Of a DNA stretch of 64,000 nucleotides, positions 40,500-53,710 are shown piece by piece. This stretch comes from Camelus ferus (lineage: Eukaryota): positions 46,688,001 to 46,752,000 of the forward strand of contig NC_045707.1 of the NCBI RefSeq assembly GCF_009834535.1, read 5' to 3'. The translations under genes and the position numbers were made by a program. The first letter of the stretch is position 1. Each line of letters begins with the position of its first letter. Under the pieces are notes generated by a model. It was given only the letters and a program-made list of their open reading frames with translations. It was not told where the DNA came from and did no database searches.

Positions 40500-42299
40500 A
40501 AATGAGTAGAAAAACAAAGCAACTGGCAAAAGACAGGGATTTAATCAGATCCTTCCCTGTACTGAGGACATGTCTCCACTTGGCTCTTAAACTGTCTGAG
40601 GCTCTGTGGACCCACTCCTTCAAGAGCAGTCACATTCACAAAGACCGAACCCATCTAAATATTTGCGCTGAGGGTTGGACATTTTGCACAGATAAGCAAG
40701 ACTTAAGTTCCCTTGTCCTTGCTGTTAGAACTTCATGGCATTCTTTACACAGTGCATGACGGGACTTCATTAACAAGAGTGAGTGGGGAAGGGTGGGTTA
40801 TTTGGGATATTTGAAGCTGAGTGGGACGGGAGTAGAGGACTGCAGCCCTGGCCACCAAGGGGAATGGCAGGAAGCACATTTGACAGTAGCCATTTTGACC
40901 TCAGTGTGCTTTCTGCAGGAGTTGGTGTGTAAGGGGATTCATTTAGTGGGTGGAATGAGGCTGTGAGAATGAGATGAAGGGAGTTATTAAAAGTAGGTAG
41001 GAATTCGTGGTGTGATTATTCACAGTGAATCCGCAGCTGAGGAAGGGGCCTGGGGATGCAGGCATGAGTCAGTTGCTCACCTAAGCAGTCTGGGGTTTTA
41101 AGAGGGGATCCAGTTCCAGCAAGGTTGTTGGGAGGTGAGATGAAGCAGTGAGACAAGGCCAGTGAGGAGTAACAAATGGGACCCTGTGCCTCAGGGGGCA
41201 TATGAGGCACCAAGGATGCAGTGGAAACCATGATGGTATGAAGATGTCTATTATACAAAATTCTAGGTTAAAATTTTTTTGGAAGTTTAATAATCTGTGC
41301 TTTAGAGTCCAGAGCAGAAAAACATTTTATCAGAATTCCCCAGTTAAGATGTCACGTGCCAGGTCTCTTGTGTGTCCCTCCAGTCTCCTGTTTTATAAAT
41401 GTTCTCTCCCTACCCTCCCAACCCCAGACCACCACCCCCCGCCCCCGGCAGCTGCAGTAGTTTGCAGACCCTGCTGCTTGTTGCCCTCCAGCCTCCCTGG
41501 AATGCCCTGAAATGCCCTTCCCTCCCACTCCCTTCTCATGGTCTAACGGACCATCTTGTTAACATTCCACTTCCCCAGAGAGCTGATCACTCCCACCTTC
41601 ACCCGACTACTTTCTACCTCAGTTAATACGTTTACGACTATGGTTGATATTTGCCGTTACATACCAGGTTGGCTGCACCAATTGTAAGATTATTCAAATA
41701 CTTTTGTACAGCTTGATAAAAAGGTGCTGCTTCAAGACTCCCATATACCTCCACCCACTGATCCCACTCAACCCGGCCCGTCCTCTTGCACTTTTCAGAG
41801 CACCAAGGACCCAGTAACGGAAAGACTGATGCTGCGAGCAGCAGGACCCTCCCCAGCACCCTGGCCAAGATCTTCTCTTGGTCTCACCTAGTTGTGGGAA
41901 TTCCCTAGTGTGGGTCAGGATACCCAGGTTTGAGTCTCATGTGTGGTTTGTGAATCCCTGTGTTCATCTGAGTCTTATCTTTCTCATCTGTAAAAGGGAG
42001 ATGGGAGCCCACCTTACAGGGCTTCCAGTAATATCAGTGGGTCAATGGGCATATACATTCAGATTTCAATAGTTAGGGTGGGGTGATTTTGAATAAGATA
42101 TAAAGTTGAGCCAGGACGCTGAGAAAATTCCAGATGAAGGCAGCAAGGATGGCCAGCACTAACCCCAGCCACTTGAGCTGACAGACATGGCTGCTGTCTG
42201 TCACTGCCAACCCCGTCCTACCCAGCGGCCGATGGCGGGACAGGCGAAGTGGGGCCTCCCTTCCCCAAGCCAATGCGGGGGCCTGACTGGTACTGGGCT

Positions 42300-42555
42300 G
42301 CTTATCTGACTTCAGCTGTGGAAATCTCTCTGGGCACGTGAGAAAGCGTGGTTTTCATCGCCTTTGTTTTTGTCCAGAAATCTCCTGAATGGGCGGGTGA
42401 GCCTGAAGGCTGCAAAGTCTTCTGAGAATTGGAGTTTCTTGGAAGTTTTTAAGAGTCCAGGCACTATTCCTTGGAAAATGTGAAGTTCCTGGGGTTTATT
42501 AGCAGCTTAAACTTTCGGTCAAAGTTAAACATCTAGAAAAATGTTCCTGGGAAGT
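42300..42555. promoter_or_regulatory. Candidate enhancer: STAT/GAS site cluster with E-box, GATA and GC box
   Basis: TTCTGAGAA 42420, TTCTTGGAA 42436, TTCCTTGGAA 42467, TTCCTGGGAA 42544, CACGTG 42335. Confidence 0.45.
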
Positions 42556-43027
42556 ATCGTCAGCACCTTCTTAATTGGCTGCCTTGGCACCATTTCAAGG
42601 CTGTGGTTTCTACTGCAGATGCTGGAGCACTACCAAGCCCCGTTCAGGGTCTCCTTCTGGGATGGAAGACAAGTGAGGGCCCCGGCCTGTGTTTCCAAGT
42701 CAGGGAAATAAAAAGAGCCTGGTTGCCACATTGCACAAATCATATTTACATTGCTGTTAGAAAGTACATTTCTGTCCAGTTTATATCCTTTCAAGGGCTT
42801 CCCTGGTCCCCCTCCTCTGCTCCTACCTCTATGCCAATGAGAGTGAAAGGTGAGATAAGAAAACCTTGGTTCTTCATGGGTGGATACCTTTGTTCTGGGC
42901 CCCAGGTGGCAAGGTCCAGGACTCAGGAAGCCCCCTGTGTGTCTGCATCCAGATGGACCACAGGACCTGGGCAGAAGGAAGAGCCAAGGGGCCAGCTCCC
43001 TGTGCCTCCTCTTACAAAGCTGTCCTC

Positions 43028-43209
43028 ACAGCGAAAAAAAAATTTGACAATGAATATATGCATGTTCATGTATAACTGAAAAATTGTGCTCTACACTGGA
43101 ATTTGACACAACATTGTAAAATGACTGTAACTCAATAAAAAAAAGTGTTAAAAAAATAAACAGTGACCACCACTAAAAATACAAACAAAACAAACAAACA
43201 AAAAAAACC
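43028..43209 (+). mobile_element. Young L1 3' tail insertion
   Basis: Perfect 13-bp TSD caaagctgtcctc at 43015-27 and 43210-22; nearly identical to 31743-31865. Confidence 0.93.
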
Positions 43210-46055
43210 CAAAGCTGTCCTCCAGGCTGCCACTTCCCAGCCCACTAGGAGGAATTGGGAGCAGGCATCCTGTAAGCACAGTGGTGTGAGCTCACCCTGA
43301 AACTTAGCTGGCATTCTTTCCACCTTCCTGATATTTCTTCCCATGGCCCCTCTACCCTTCAAATGAGGCTGTTTGGAATTTCTGCCTGAGTGATGGGAAT
43401 TGAACAGCAGAAGAGAGAAAACGGGAAACTCTCCTGACTTTTTGTTTCAAAAACAGTGCCCTTAAGAGTAACAAAAATGACAATAAAAATTCAGAGCATG
43501 AATAATAGATTTGGAAGATCTCATGAGAGGGAGGAAAGCTTCTTCTGAATGTTCTTCAGCGTCTGGATGGAGAGGGTCAACTAAGTGGGAAAATGGTGAG
43601 TCCCTGGGCACCTGTAGGACTCTGGGAAAGTGGAGAGCGTACTTTCTTCCTGGGCACAGCCTGGGGAGGTGGCAAAAAGCAAGCAGAAGAAATGGCCCAG
43701 AGATGTGTATGTGCAGGAGGGGCTTTAGGTAACCAAGGAGCGAGTCCCGGGCCCTGGTGAATGGACCTCCACGTCTTAGAGTGAGATGCAATCGAGAGGG
43801 CCTCTCGGACAAGCTCACTGAGTTTCTTGCAGCTGAAGATGACATGAGAGAGGCATACACAGAGCTCAAAGGACGGGGTCTGGAGGGTGAGCAGTTAGAA
43901 CAAGAAAGGGTTCAGAGCGCCCTGTGTGTATTGGTGACTGAGCACTAAGCAGGTGAGGAAACTGAGCTGACGTATTTCCATCCCTGATCCCCCAGGAAAA
44001 CGGAAGCATATAAATTGTTACCTACATGAGTTGACTGACATTCTTACATCCTGTTAAGAGTGGAATTCCACTCATGAAAAAATTTATAAATACAAAGGTC
44101 CACTAAAAAACACTGAAAAGATATCTACCCAGCATTCACAGTGGCTACCTCTGGGTGGTGGAATTACTGAATCTCTCTCCCCTCCCAATCTCTCCATCCT
44201 TTCCTCCTCCTGCCTCCCTTCCTCCCTCCCTTCCTTTTTTCCCTTTCTCTCTTTCTTTCTATGTATCTTCTTTTCTAATTTTTCACAGTTAACTATTTTC
44301 TAACTTTCTACAATAAACTTGTTCTGTGAAGAAAAAGCAACACAATAAAATAAGGAAAATAAAGAATAATCAGCATTCAGGATTTATTCCATTTCATTCT
44401 GAGGATAAAGGAGATTCCGTTGCCACATTTGGTTTTCCTGCTAGACCCAGGGCAAGCCGAGGGTCTCCTGTGTGCTCTGGATTATTCCTCACCCTCCCAC
44501 CTCTTCCATAAATATCTGGGATTCTGGTCTTTCTAGAAAACTTTCAAGAATCTCCTTTGTGCAGGACCTGCCATTTGTATCTGCTAAGCTGGCTTTGGTC
44601 CTTCACAGTTTGAGAGTTTGCAGCTCAGAGGGATAACATTTAAGGCACTTCTCTCCTTCATCCAGGTAGGATGTTGGCCATCTTACTTGCCTGTACTTCA
44701 GAAGCTAAAATCACTTACAGCATTTGTATCTAAGGGCAAAATCTAAATAATACTAAGAGCATTCAGCAAGAGGAGGGGATCGAGTTAAATTCCCATCTCC
44801 TTGTAATGTGGAGAAATAGCTAAATGAGTCAAATTTGGTCTCAGAGAGTCTACCTCCCTCACTTAGTTTGATATGAACCTCTGATAAGAAATTAGATTAA
44901 CCATCCTATGTAAACTATCTACCTTGCATGTTTCTAATCTGGAATCCCCATGGCACCTAGCAGGTCTCTGGGGGTATGCTGGCCCCCACATCATTTGGGG
45001 AGAACCCAGAAAATGAAAACTCACTTAAATATTGGCCTATAGCTCAGCAAGGAAATTTATCTCCACTCACCACCCCAGCCAAATCATACTCATTATGGTT
45101 TCAAAGTTCTAGGCTGAAAGGATTTTGCATTTTTCATGCCACTATTACCCACCTTAGCCCCTTTATGAAATTATGAGAAGACTCAGGGTGAGTCTTGATG
45201 ACTTTCAATATCTAGAAGTTGCAAGATTTCCAATAACTGCCTGATAATGTGACAAGTCAAAGACCTGACTCCTTTTCCCCCACCTTCCCCTGACATCGCT
45301 TCTACATCCTACATATTTCTTGAATTAAAACAATTTTCCTCCATCTTCACAACCACTCCCCTAGGTCAGGCAGGGATACTGCCATCTTAGGTTCCTACCT
45401 GGTCTTCAGTAAGTGCCATCCTTCTAAAATACAGGCATGGTCCTGCCCTGGTCCCTTCCGTCGGCAGTGGATCTCCACTGCTCTTTAATTCTCCCATTGC
45501 TCTTAGGGTAAACTCTACACCTTTTCTCATGGCTTTCAAGAATTCCTTAGAGATTACAAACCAGAAGCCTGTGGGATGATAGGTTTTGCTTGGCTCATCC
45601 ACTGCTTTTATAAATTTCAAGTAAAGCCACTGTTGATAATTTTTAAAACTTTGTGTACAAATCCAGAGGTATGGCTTCTCTTGAAAAATTAGGGTGTCTG
45701 GTCACTCTGGTCACAGGTTCCCACAGGAAAGGATCTCCCACATGGATGGGGGCTTTGTTCTCCAGTTCTCCTAGCCTACACTATGCCTGTTATATGCCCT
45801 TCCTCTGGTTCCTTGAGGTTACCTATCTGACGCTGTAGACAGGTAGGTTCTACATGGCAGGGCTCTGGTGATGCTCCTGTGTCATCTCTCATGGCTCTTC
45901 CCCAACACATGCCTCGTCTATGGGGCTAAGTTCTCTCAGTCTCCCCTTCCATCCCACCCCCTCACATGCACACCTGGGCTCTCTCTCACCCTGCTCTGTG
46001 CCTGTGCTCTTCCCTCTGCAGGGGACACCTTATTCCCAATCCACCTTTGGGAACT

Positions 46056-46185
46056 GGGGGGAGGGTGTAGCTCAGTGGTAGAGCATGTGCTTAACACATG
46101 AGGTCCTGGGTTCAACCCCAGTATCTCCACTAAAAAAAAAAAGTAAATTAAAAAAAAAAAACTAATTCCTTCCCTTACCCACCCC
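46056..46185 (+). mobile_element. tRNA-derived SINE (camelid-type)
   Basis: A box tagctcagtgg, B box ggttcaaccc, A-rich tail. Confidence 0.9.
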
Positions 46186-46361
46186 GCCAAGAGATTTATC
46201 AACTCATTCTTTGGGTCTCTGTTTAAATATTCTCTATCTTAGTTATGTCTGTCCTGACCCCAGACCTGATTCCCAAGTCATGTTTTAACTGTCCCTCCTT
46301 AGAGTCCCCTGTGGTAGTAAGGCCTAAACTTAACGCTCAGTATTATATGCTGCATTGACAT

Positions 46362-46815
46362 CTGGTGAAATCGGGGGGGGGGGGGTGCTTGAATAGCCTA
46401 ATGGCAAGTTCCCCTCTCCACTCTAGTCTCATGGCTAAGTCCCCTAGCCAAACAACTCTCCTTATCAAATGGCCCAGGTGCAGTTCCTGCTTATTCTTGA
46501 GCAGTGGGTTTCAGTTTCCTGCCAGCTCATGGGATTACTCAAATAAGCCAAGCACATCCTCCTTTAGGAACCGGGGGCTCCTCACCCTCTTGGTACTAAA
46601 AAGCCTGCCTCACACAGACCCTGATGGTTCACTTTGTTCCCAAGCGCAATCCTTGTGCAGCCTTGTATGGCACGTGGTGTCCTCCTCCACCAGACTAGTA
46701 AACTGTCACATATACTCATATATGTCAGCTGTGCTGTGTGCAGTGTCATGTATTCAGCCATCCCCACAACCTTAGGTTGGGAATCCCTCCTTCAACAGTA
46801 GAGGAGACTTAAACA
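46362..46815 (+). mobile_element. Probable solo LTR, family uncertain
   Basis: TG...CA-like ends with TATA-like and poly(A)-like motifs (taaaaagcc, agtaaa); no clear TSD. Confidence 0.4.
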
Positions 46816-49319
46816 GCCCACGTGTACCATACCTACCTGCTTACTTGCCTTTCTCCCCCACTAGACCATCAACTCCATGTGGGCAGGGACTGGGAGGACA
46901 GGGACAGAGATATTGTTTGCCTCCAAATCCCAGTACCTAGCACAGAGTCTGGCACATAGCGGGTGTCCAATAAACTCTTGCTGGCCAGCTCAGCAGGGTG
47001 TTATTTTATCAGTGGAAATACTCAGCAAGAGCACAGGAAACAACCATCTGTGAGACTGCAGAGGAGTTTTGGCCTGGATGACACTTACTGCACTTCTCAG
47101 TGCTTAAGAGTCTGTGATTCCAGTAGTTTGTCACTTTATTTCTTCATAGATTATGGTATTTACTGTCTTATAGAATAGGACGTAGTAGAAAACTGGTCAT
47201 CTTCCACCACAAAGCAAGTTTTCAGTTTTCAAGATGCAAGCTCTAATGTAAAAACAGCCTTTGTTTTCAAGAACTAGGGACTCAGTTCAATGAGCAGGAC
47301 ATTTCTATGCAAAATATGAAGAGGCTGCAGAAGAGGCCATTTGTTCTAAAGAGCACTATTACAGTCCTTGGTGTTTACTGGGGGGAAAAGGCCTACCATC
47401 TGCAGAAGGTTTAGCAACAAATTTATTCCATTTCCATGTGTTCGTAATGCAGTTCTAGAAATGAATCTAACCAAAATGCTGTCTTAGCAGGGAGGATATT
47501 CGCACTTAAATCCAAAAAGCCATTTCCATCATTTCCAGATTTTTAAGAACCCAAATCCAGCTGACTTTCTGTTATGCGCCATTTAAACATCTTAAGAATA
47601 AACGTCTGTGATGAAAGAGTAGCAACATCAATGAGTTAGTGAACACTAAAAAAAATCCCCCTGTAACCCGATGGTACCTCAGAGGGGATATATTCAAGAT
47701 TTAAATTTCAAGAATGCTTTACTGTTTTTTCTTTCATTTACTAAATTAAAATCCAAACTATTTTAGAGCCATAGATTTTGCAGTTTAATTAGAATTTATC
47801 CCCATCAGACCAATCAGAGAAGAAATTTCCAATGCTGCATTTTAGGCTATGCCTACACTTGAAACTAATTTGACTATAGTCAATTCATAATTTGATCACA
47901 TTTTTTGCTTACGTAAATCTGAATTTTGTTCAAACTCGATTCCAGGGATGAGGAAGGATGTCAAATAGAGATAAATTATCAGAACAAAAATGCCAGCTCC
48001 CCAAAAGAGACAATAGAATGAGTGGATCAGAACTCAGGTCTTAGATTTCACTTCCCTGGGCTCCAGTCTTATTTCTGCCACTTATTAGCTGACTCAATTT
48101 AAACAAATTACTTAACCACCCCTAACCTCATCATCTTAAAATGGCAACAATGATAATATTTATGCCATGGTAATGTTGTGAGGATTAAAGATGAAAATGC
48201 ATATAAATGCTTATCATAGCTTTTGGCACTTTTAAAGCATTCTATAAATGTTAACTATTATTGTTATTGTAGATTGGCTTCACAAAATGTCCTAGCAATG
48301 AAATCTTTGAAAATTTGATTCTGCAACAGACTATTGGAATCTGGAATTTGCCTCTTGGATTGTCATTGCCATTGGATCCCCACCAGTTCCCATGATTTAA
48401 TTAATGAACATATAACTGTGCCAATTCCCAGAAGGGAGAAAGCCAAAGAACAGTAGGGATGGTATTTGGTATTTTAGACAATAACTCATTGTGACTCAGG
48501 AAGGGACATTATCTTTCAAGTCATTAATGAATTAAAAACCCAGCCAAGACATCAAGCCTTCCGGGTAAAGGGGATCATCAGCACATGGAAGGTGGCTGAC
48601 AGCAAATGTCCTTGGATCTAGGAGTATCGGCTCCATTCATCATGTGTTGTCCCCTGGGGCCTGTCACTTGCAGTCCAAGACATAAAGCCAGGAGACCGCA
48701 ATGATAGTGGACACCTACAGCGGTTCTGAGGCTGTACAATAGGATAGTTTTTACTATGAGACCTGACATGAGAAGTGGGTCGTGGCACAGGCATGTTTTT
48801 ATCCCTCTCTTCAATGCCCATCTTCCTCCAGCCCTGATTTTCTGCAGCACCAAAATATATCACTTAGGACATTGATTAAGAAGGACAGACAAGACTGTCA
48901 TATTTATTATGAAGAGGACAATCATTTTCACCTGGATAGAACCAAATATGCTCACTATTCTGCAGATTATCTTACCGTTAGGAACACAGGTAAGAAAGTA
49001 TATTCTCTGCCTCCCAAGAGTCAAGTACTTAATGTGAACAGGAACACACAATTCCTTTCTTGTGACGTCTATATCTTAATTTTTACAGGTTGACATAATC
49101 TACATGCATACTTTGGAAATATGTAAATACCCTGTGGGCAGGAATCCCGGTTATCTTCCTCACTGTTGTATGCCTAGAATCTAGCACAGTAACTAGAGCA
49201 TAGTATGTATTCATGAATATTAAATAAATGAATGACTGTATAAAAGCTTACTCATTTTTGTGCTTCTGTCTGAAGTCTTTTTCTACCTTTGTCCACTCAG
49301 TAAATTCCTGCTCGCCCCA

Positions 49320-49910
49320 AAAGTCTCTATTCAGTTGCCATTTGTTCTGTGGAAACATTTCTTTCATTTCAGGTAGGAGGAGGCCTTTTTGCCCCTACTC
49401 CCATAGTATCCAGAACATGCCTCCACGTAAAGTTTTCTATATGCAAACAGCAAAACTCATTCTGGCGAGTTCAAGTAGAAAGTGACTTATTAAAGGATAC
49501 CGGGTGGTTCACAGAATTTCTGAGAGGGATGGAGAACCAGGTCTGAATGCTACTCAGCTAGAAATAACAGCCAGGAAAGAGCCCACCCATGCCGGCTGCT
49601 TGAGGGAGACACACAGCTGCTGCTGCTGCTCCATAGTGCTAATCCACCCAATGTGGAGCTGAGGGTAGAAGCATGATGACAGCCACCCCAGAAGAACTAT
49701 GCACCTCCACTGTCAGAAGATTCGGGCTCCCTGTGTACGGCCACCGTCTCATGTTCATCACTTTTGCCTGCACTTGTACTAGCATATCTGACTGGAAGAA
49801 TGTGGACCACCAGCCTGGACTCTTGCTGCAAGGGGTTCTGGGAAATGTGTTTTAGTTTTCCAGTCTCTATAGCAGACAAAGGTACACAGAGTGAGTCATC
49901 CAACTAACTA
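49320..49910 (-). mobile_element. Old MLT1-type LTR
   Basis: 'tgcaaacagcaaaactcattctggc...ttattaaaggatac...gggttctgggaaatgtg'. Confidence 0.55.
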
Positions 49911-49959
49911 TTTATGTGCCACACTCCATAACACCACTGTCGCCTTCACTTGATATGAA

Positions 49960-51690
49960 TTCCCTAAAATCTGAGAGAAAAAAATCAGCACCATGGAGGA
50001 TCAGTGCAGAAAATCCAACATCTGACCAATAGGAGTTCCAGAAAGAGAGAACAGATGTAGGAGAGAAAGAAAGAATACAAACTAATTTCCCAAGATGAAG
50101 GACAGGAATTTCCATACTGAAAGGTGTGAAATTTAAAAGACCCCCCCTAGATACATCTCTGTGAAAGTTTCAGAACATCAAAGATAAAGAAAATATCCTA
50201 AAAGCTTCAGAGAAAGAAAAAGGTCAATCTATAAGAGAAAAAGAAAACACACACACACACACACAAAAAACCAAAAACAGACTGACACAGCAACACTGGG
50301 TGCTGGAAGAAAATGGAACAGTATCTTTAAAATTGAACAAAAATGGTCTTTGACTTGAATTCTATCCCAAATAAAATGTCATTAAATAATGATGGCAGAA
50401 TGGATATCTTTATATACGCAGGACTAATAAAGTTTACTTCCTACCCATCCTTCAGTTGGGAGTTACTTGAGGAGATGAGCTCCAGTAAAATGAGGAAGTA
50501 AACCAACAAATAAGAAGTCATAAGAGCCAGGATATGATGTGTCCACTTAGAGGAGAACTGAAAGGAAGGAAAACAACAGCTAATTATGAGTCCCAGAAGG
50601 CAGTCTACATTAGAGGAGGTAAATAAAGAGTACCAGGAGAGGGGCTCTAGGGCGAAAAGAACTTCCATAAACTACGTAGTATGCCAAAGATATTTTAGGA
50701 GCATAAGCAGATGATAAAAGCAGAGAATACAAAAATCTCTAATTAGAAATTCTAGGAAAAATAAAAAAAACTATGAGAAGATGAATATAACGGCACACTA
50801 CTCTTCCTTCCAGGAAGATAATACTGTAAAGACTATATAATGATTTTCAATTTTTAAAATCAGCAAGACAAAGCATGCACAGAAGACTATAAATAGTTTG
50901 AATCTTGTCAGTGTAAAACTACAAATTCAAATGAGAGACATAGGAAGGGAGGAGAGGTGAAAGGAAGGGGTGACCACATAATACATGACATCTTACAAAG
51001 CGAGGAATACAGTGCCCTGCATCCTTACCCCTGTCTCCTAGTAACAGCACTCAATTTCCCTTTGAGTCATTTCTCCTCCCCAACACATGTGGTCTTAGTG
51101 AGGCTGTTAATCCACATGACCTACAGTCTCTAGCCAATGAGTGAACACGTGGCCCAGTGTAAGGCAATCAGACTTCCTCTTCCTGGTAATTACAGTCCCA
51201 CTAATTCACACTGAGTGGTACCCTAAAAGAGACAGTGTATTAATTTTTGCTCCTTAGATTCCCAGAACAACTCTTATTCCTGGCTTTTCTAAAGTCTGAC
51301 TCTTCAGCTTCTTTGAGTCTATGGATGCCTGTCCCTCCAAAAAAAAAAAGGTTTCAATTGATAAGACATGGTAAGATAAACAGAAATTCAATTATATGTT
51401 TTAAGTTTCAAAATCAGGGAACTGAAAATAGTGATGTAAATATATGAAGGGTGAAGGATTAGACGAGGGATTAAGTGAGCAAAACTCTTATCTTAAGAGA
51501 AAGTCACTATAAAAGTGTGAAGTTGATAAATCATGAAAGGCCAGTACAGCAAATTATTTATCAATATGGAAGCAGTCACCAGAAAAGTTAAAACTTTGAA
51601 ATTTAAAAAAGAAAAGTGGTTTCTGGAAAAAAACCGGGGGGGGGGGGCAGGCTAGGGAGAAGTAGAACAGGAGACTATTTCTTTTTATTA
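49960..51690 (+). mobile_element. Ancient HAL1/L1ME-like ORF1 remnant with an inserted MLT-like LTR (about 51010-51420)
   Basis: Degenerate ORF1 motifs 'tccaacatctgaccaataggagttccagaa' (SNI..IGVPE) and 'aaatatcctaaaagcttcagaga'. Confidence 0.6.
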
Positions 51691-51710
51691 TAAACTCATC
51701 TTAACTTCTT

Positions 51711-51983
51711 TTTTTTAATTGAAGTTTAGTTAATTTACAATGTTGTGTTAGTTTCTGATATACAGCATAGTGATTCAGTTATACATATATACACTCTTTT
51801 TCATATTCTTTTTCATTATAGGTTATAAGAAGATATTGAATGAGTTCTCTGTGCTATACAGTAGGGCCTTGTTGTTATCTATTTTATATATAATAGTTTG
51901 TGTCTGCTAATCTCAAACTCCTAATTTATCCCTTGCCCACCTATTTCCCTTTGGTAACCATAAGTTTGTGTTCTTTGTCTGTG
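51711..51983 (-). mobile_element. L1 3' UTR insertion
   Basis: 20-bp TSD taaactcatctta(a/g)cttctt at 51691-710 and 51984-52003. Confidence 0.92.
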
Positions 51984-53540
51984 TAAACTCATCTTAGCTT
52001 CTTAATTTTTTTCCCTGTGTGTATATACTAACTGATATAGTAATTTTTAATGTTAAAGAGGTGGGGAAGAAAAATTGTTGATCTCTCTATAATGGAGATG
52101 GTTCAGAATTTCAAATTCTTCTCAAACAGACAGAAATCAGTCCTGGAAGGTGTTCTGGAAACCAGTACATTACAGAACATCCATGTCTCAGGCTCCAAGG
52201 GAGGAAGCTCCTTCCATTGGTGGCTCACCACTGGACTCCTGGACTAGGCAGAGGCCACTACCTCTCTGAACACCCTCACAGGGACCCCCACCCCTGGATC
52301 AGCTCAAGCATGTCTTTGTATTTTCTTGACATGCCCTTGCCCAGCTCAGAGTAACTGGCTCAGGACTCAGATGCTTTGGCTTGTTCTCTGCCCAACTTCT
52401 TACCCAACCTTCACCCTGCTTTCCTGGAAAATCAGAATTAGCCTTATCTCTACTTTCAAGGGATAAAGAAAACAATCTCCAGATTTTTAAGGCCATGGGA
52501 TTTGTTTTGAATGTGAGTCATAGTTTTAACTGTTCTTTCATGGCGTTTTACTGATAAGACAAGGAGAGACCTTGATACCAAAGGTGTGGAGATGGCACTT
52601 TTCCCAGGCATGAATTAGAGGAAATCAGAAACTTCAAGGCATGTTTGTCTTTCTCTACCAAGTAAAGCTCTGAAAGTGATTTAAGCCACGCCTGGAGCTA
52701 ACTATCCCCAGGAATAGGATCGGCATTGCAACATCAGCACTCAGCTCAACCCTCAACAATAACCCGAGTTATCATAGAAGGTGAAAGGTGGCTACCTGCA
52801 TCTTCCCCACCTGCACATCCCTGTACCCTTGGATGAGAGTGACCAGCTCCCCTTTCCACATTCCCCTGCCATGCCTAATCCTAGTCCTGAAAGATGGTGG
52901 GTTTTCATAGGAAAGGAATGAAGGAATCTGAGGCTGGAAGATGAGAGGGAAGAAGTGAGATCAGTTAAAACTTTTCCAGTGGCAGACATACTGTAGTCAG
53001 GTAAAGAACTACTCACACTTTAAAGGCAAGCTGCCCAGCACCTTCCATATGGTACTAAGTCGGATCTGGGAAATCCCAGAAGTGTCTCACATGTGTTCGT
53101 GACAGTCCCCTCATCCTCTATTCTGGTTCCCTCATTAAGATGTTTACTTCTTGGCTCAATTAGCAGTTATAAAATGGAAACGGTAATCTGCTCCATTAGA
53201 AAAATGCATGCAATCACTGAGCATGTCATATGAATATGCTCTGGAAAAACCAGGTATTATGGTCCTTATCACAGTGTAGTGCCTAGGACAGTATTAGGAA
53301 GTGCTGATATCAACAAATTGGCCTTACAAAATTTATCCAGCATATCATTTGGACATCTCATGGTGAGATTCCAATCCCAATCTTATGAATCAATATTGAT
53401 ACATTGGCACAAACTTATGGTGCCAATAGCACTATTTTAATAAATGACAAAGAACTGTTACAGCAAATTTAAGCTCAATTGATATCCCAAATGATTACTC
53501 CTCAAATTCTAGCCCCATTATTAGCATCTGTGTAACCCTT

Positions 53541-53710
53541 CAGGACAGAATTTAGATTTTGTATGGCCTGAAGCTTATACAATTTGGGGAGCCCTTTAAG
53601 AAAAAGAAAACAAAATGCATGGATTCAAAATCAAAATAGAGTTTGGAAGAGGCCTGTATAAGCAGCCTGAGCTTAAACTTTATTAGCTTCATGAGAGATC
53701 TGACTCCAGG
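53541..53710. mobile_element. hAT-type MITE inserted in a MIR
   Basis: 'ggcctgaagcttatacaatttgggg'; MIR halves on both sides. Confidence 0.5.

Noticed and set aside
46056..46130. tRNA gene-like A and B boxes
   Set aside because: Followed by an A-rich tail and present as a second diverged copy at 16574, so a SINE rather than a tRNA gene
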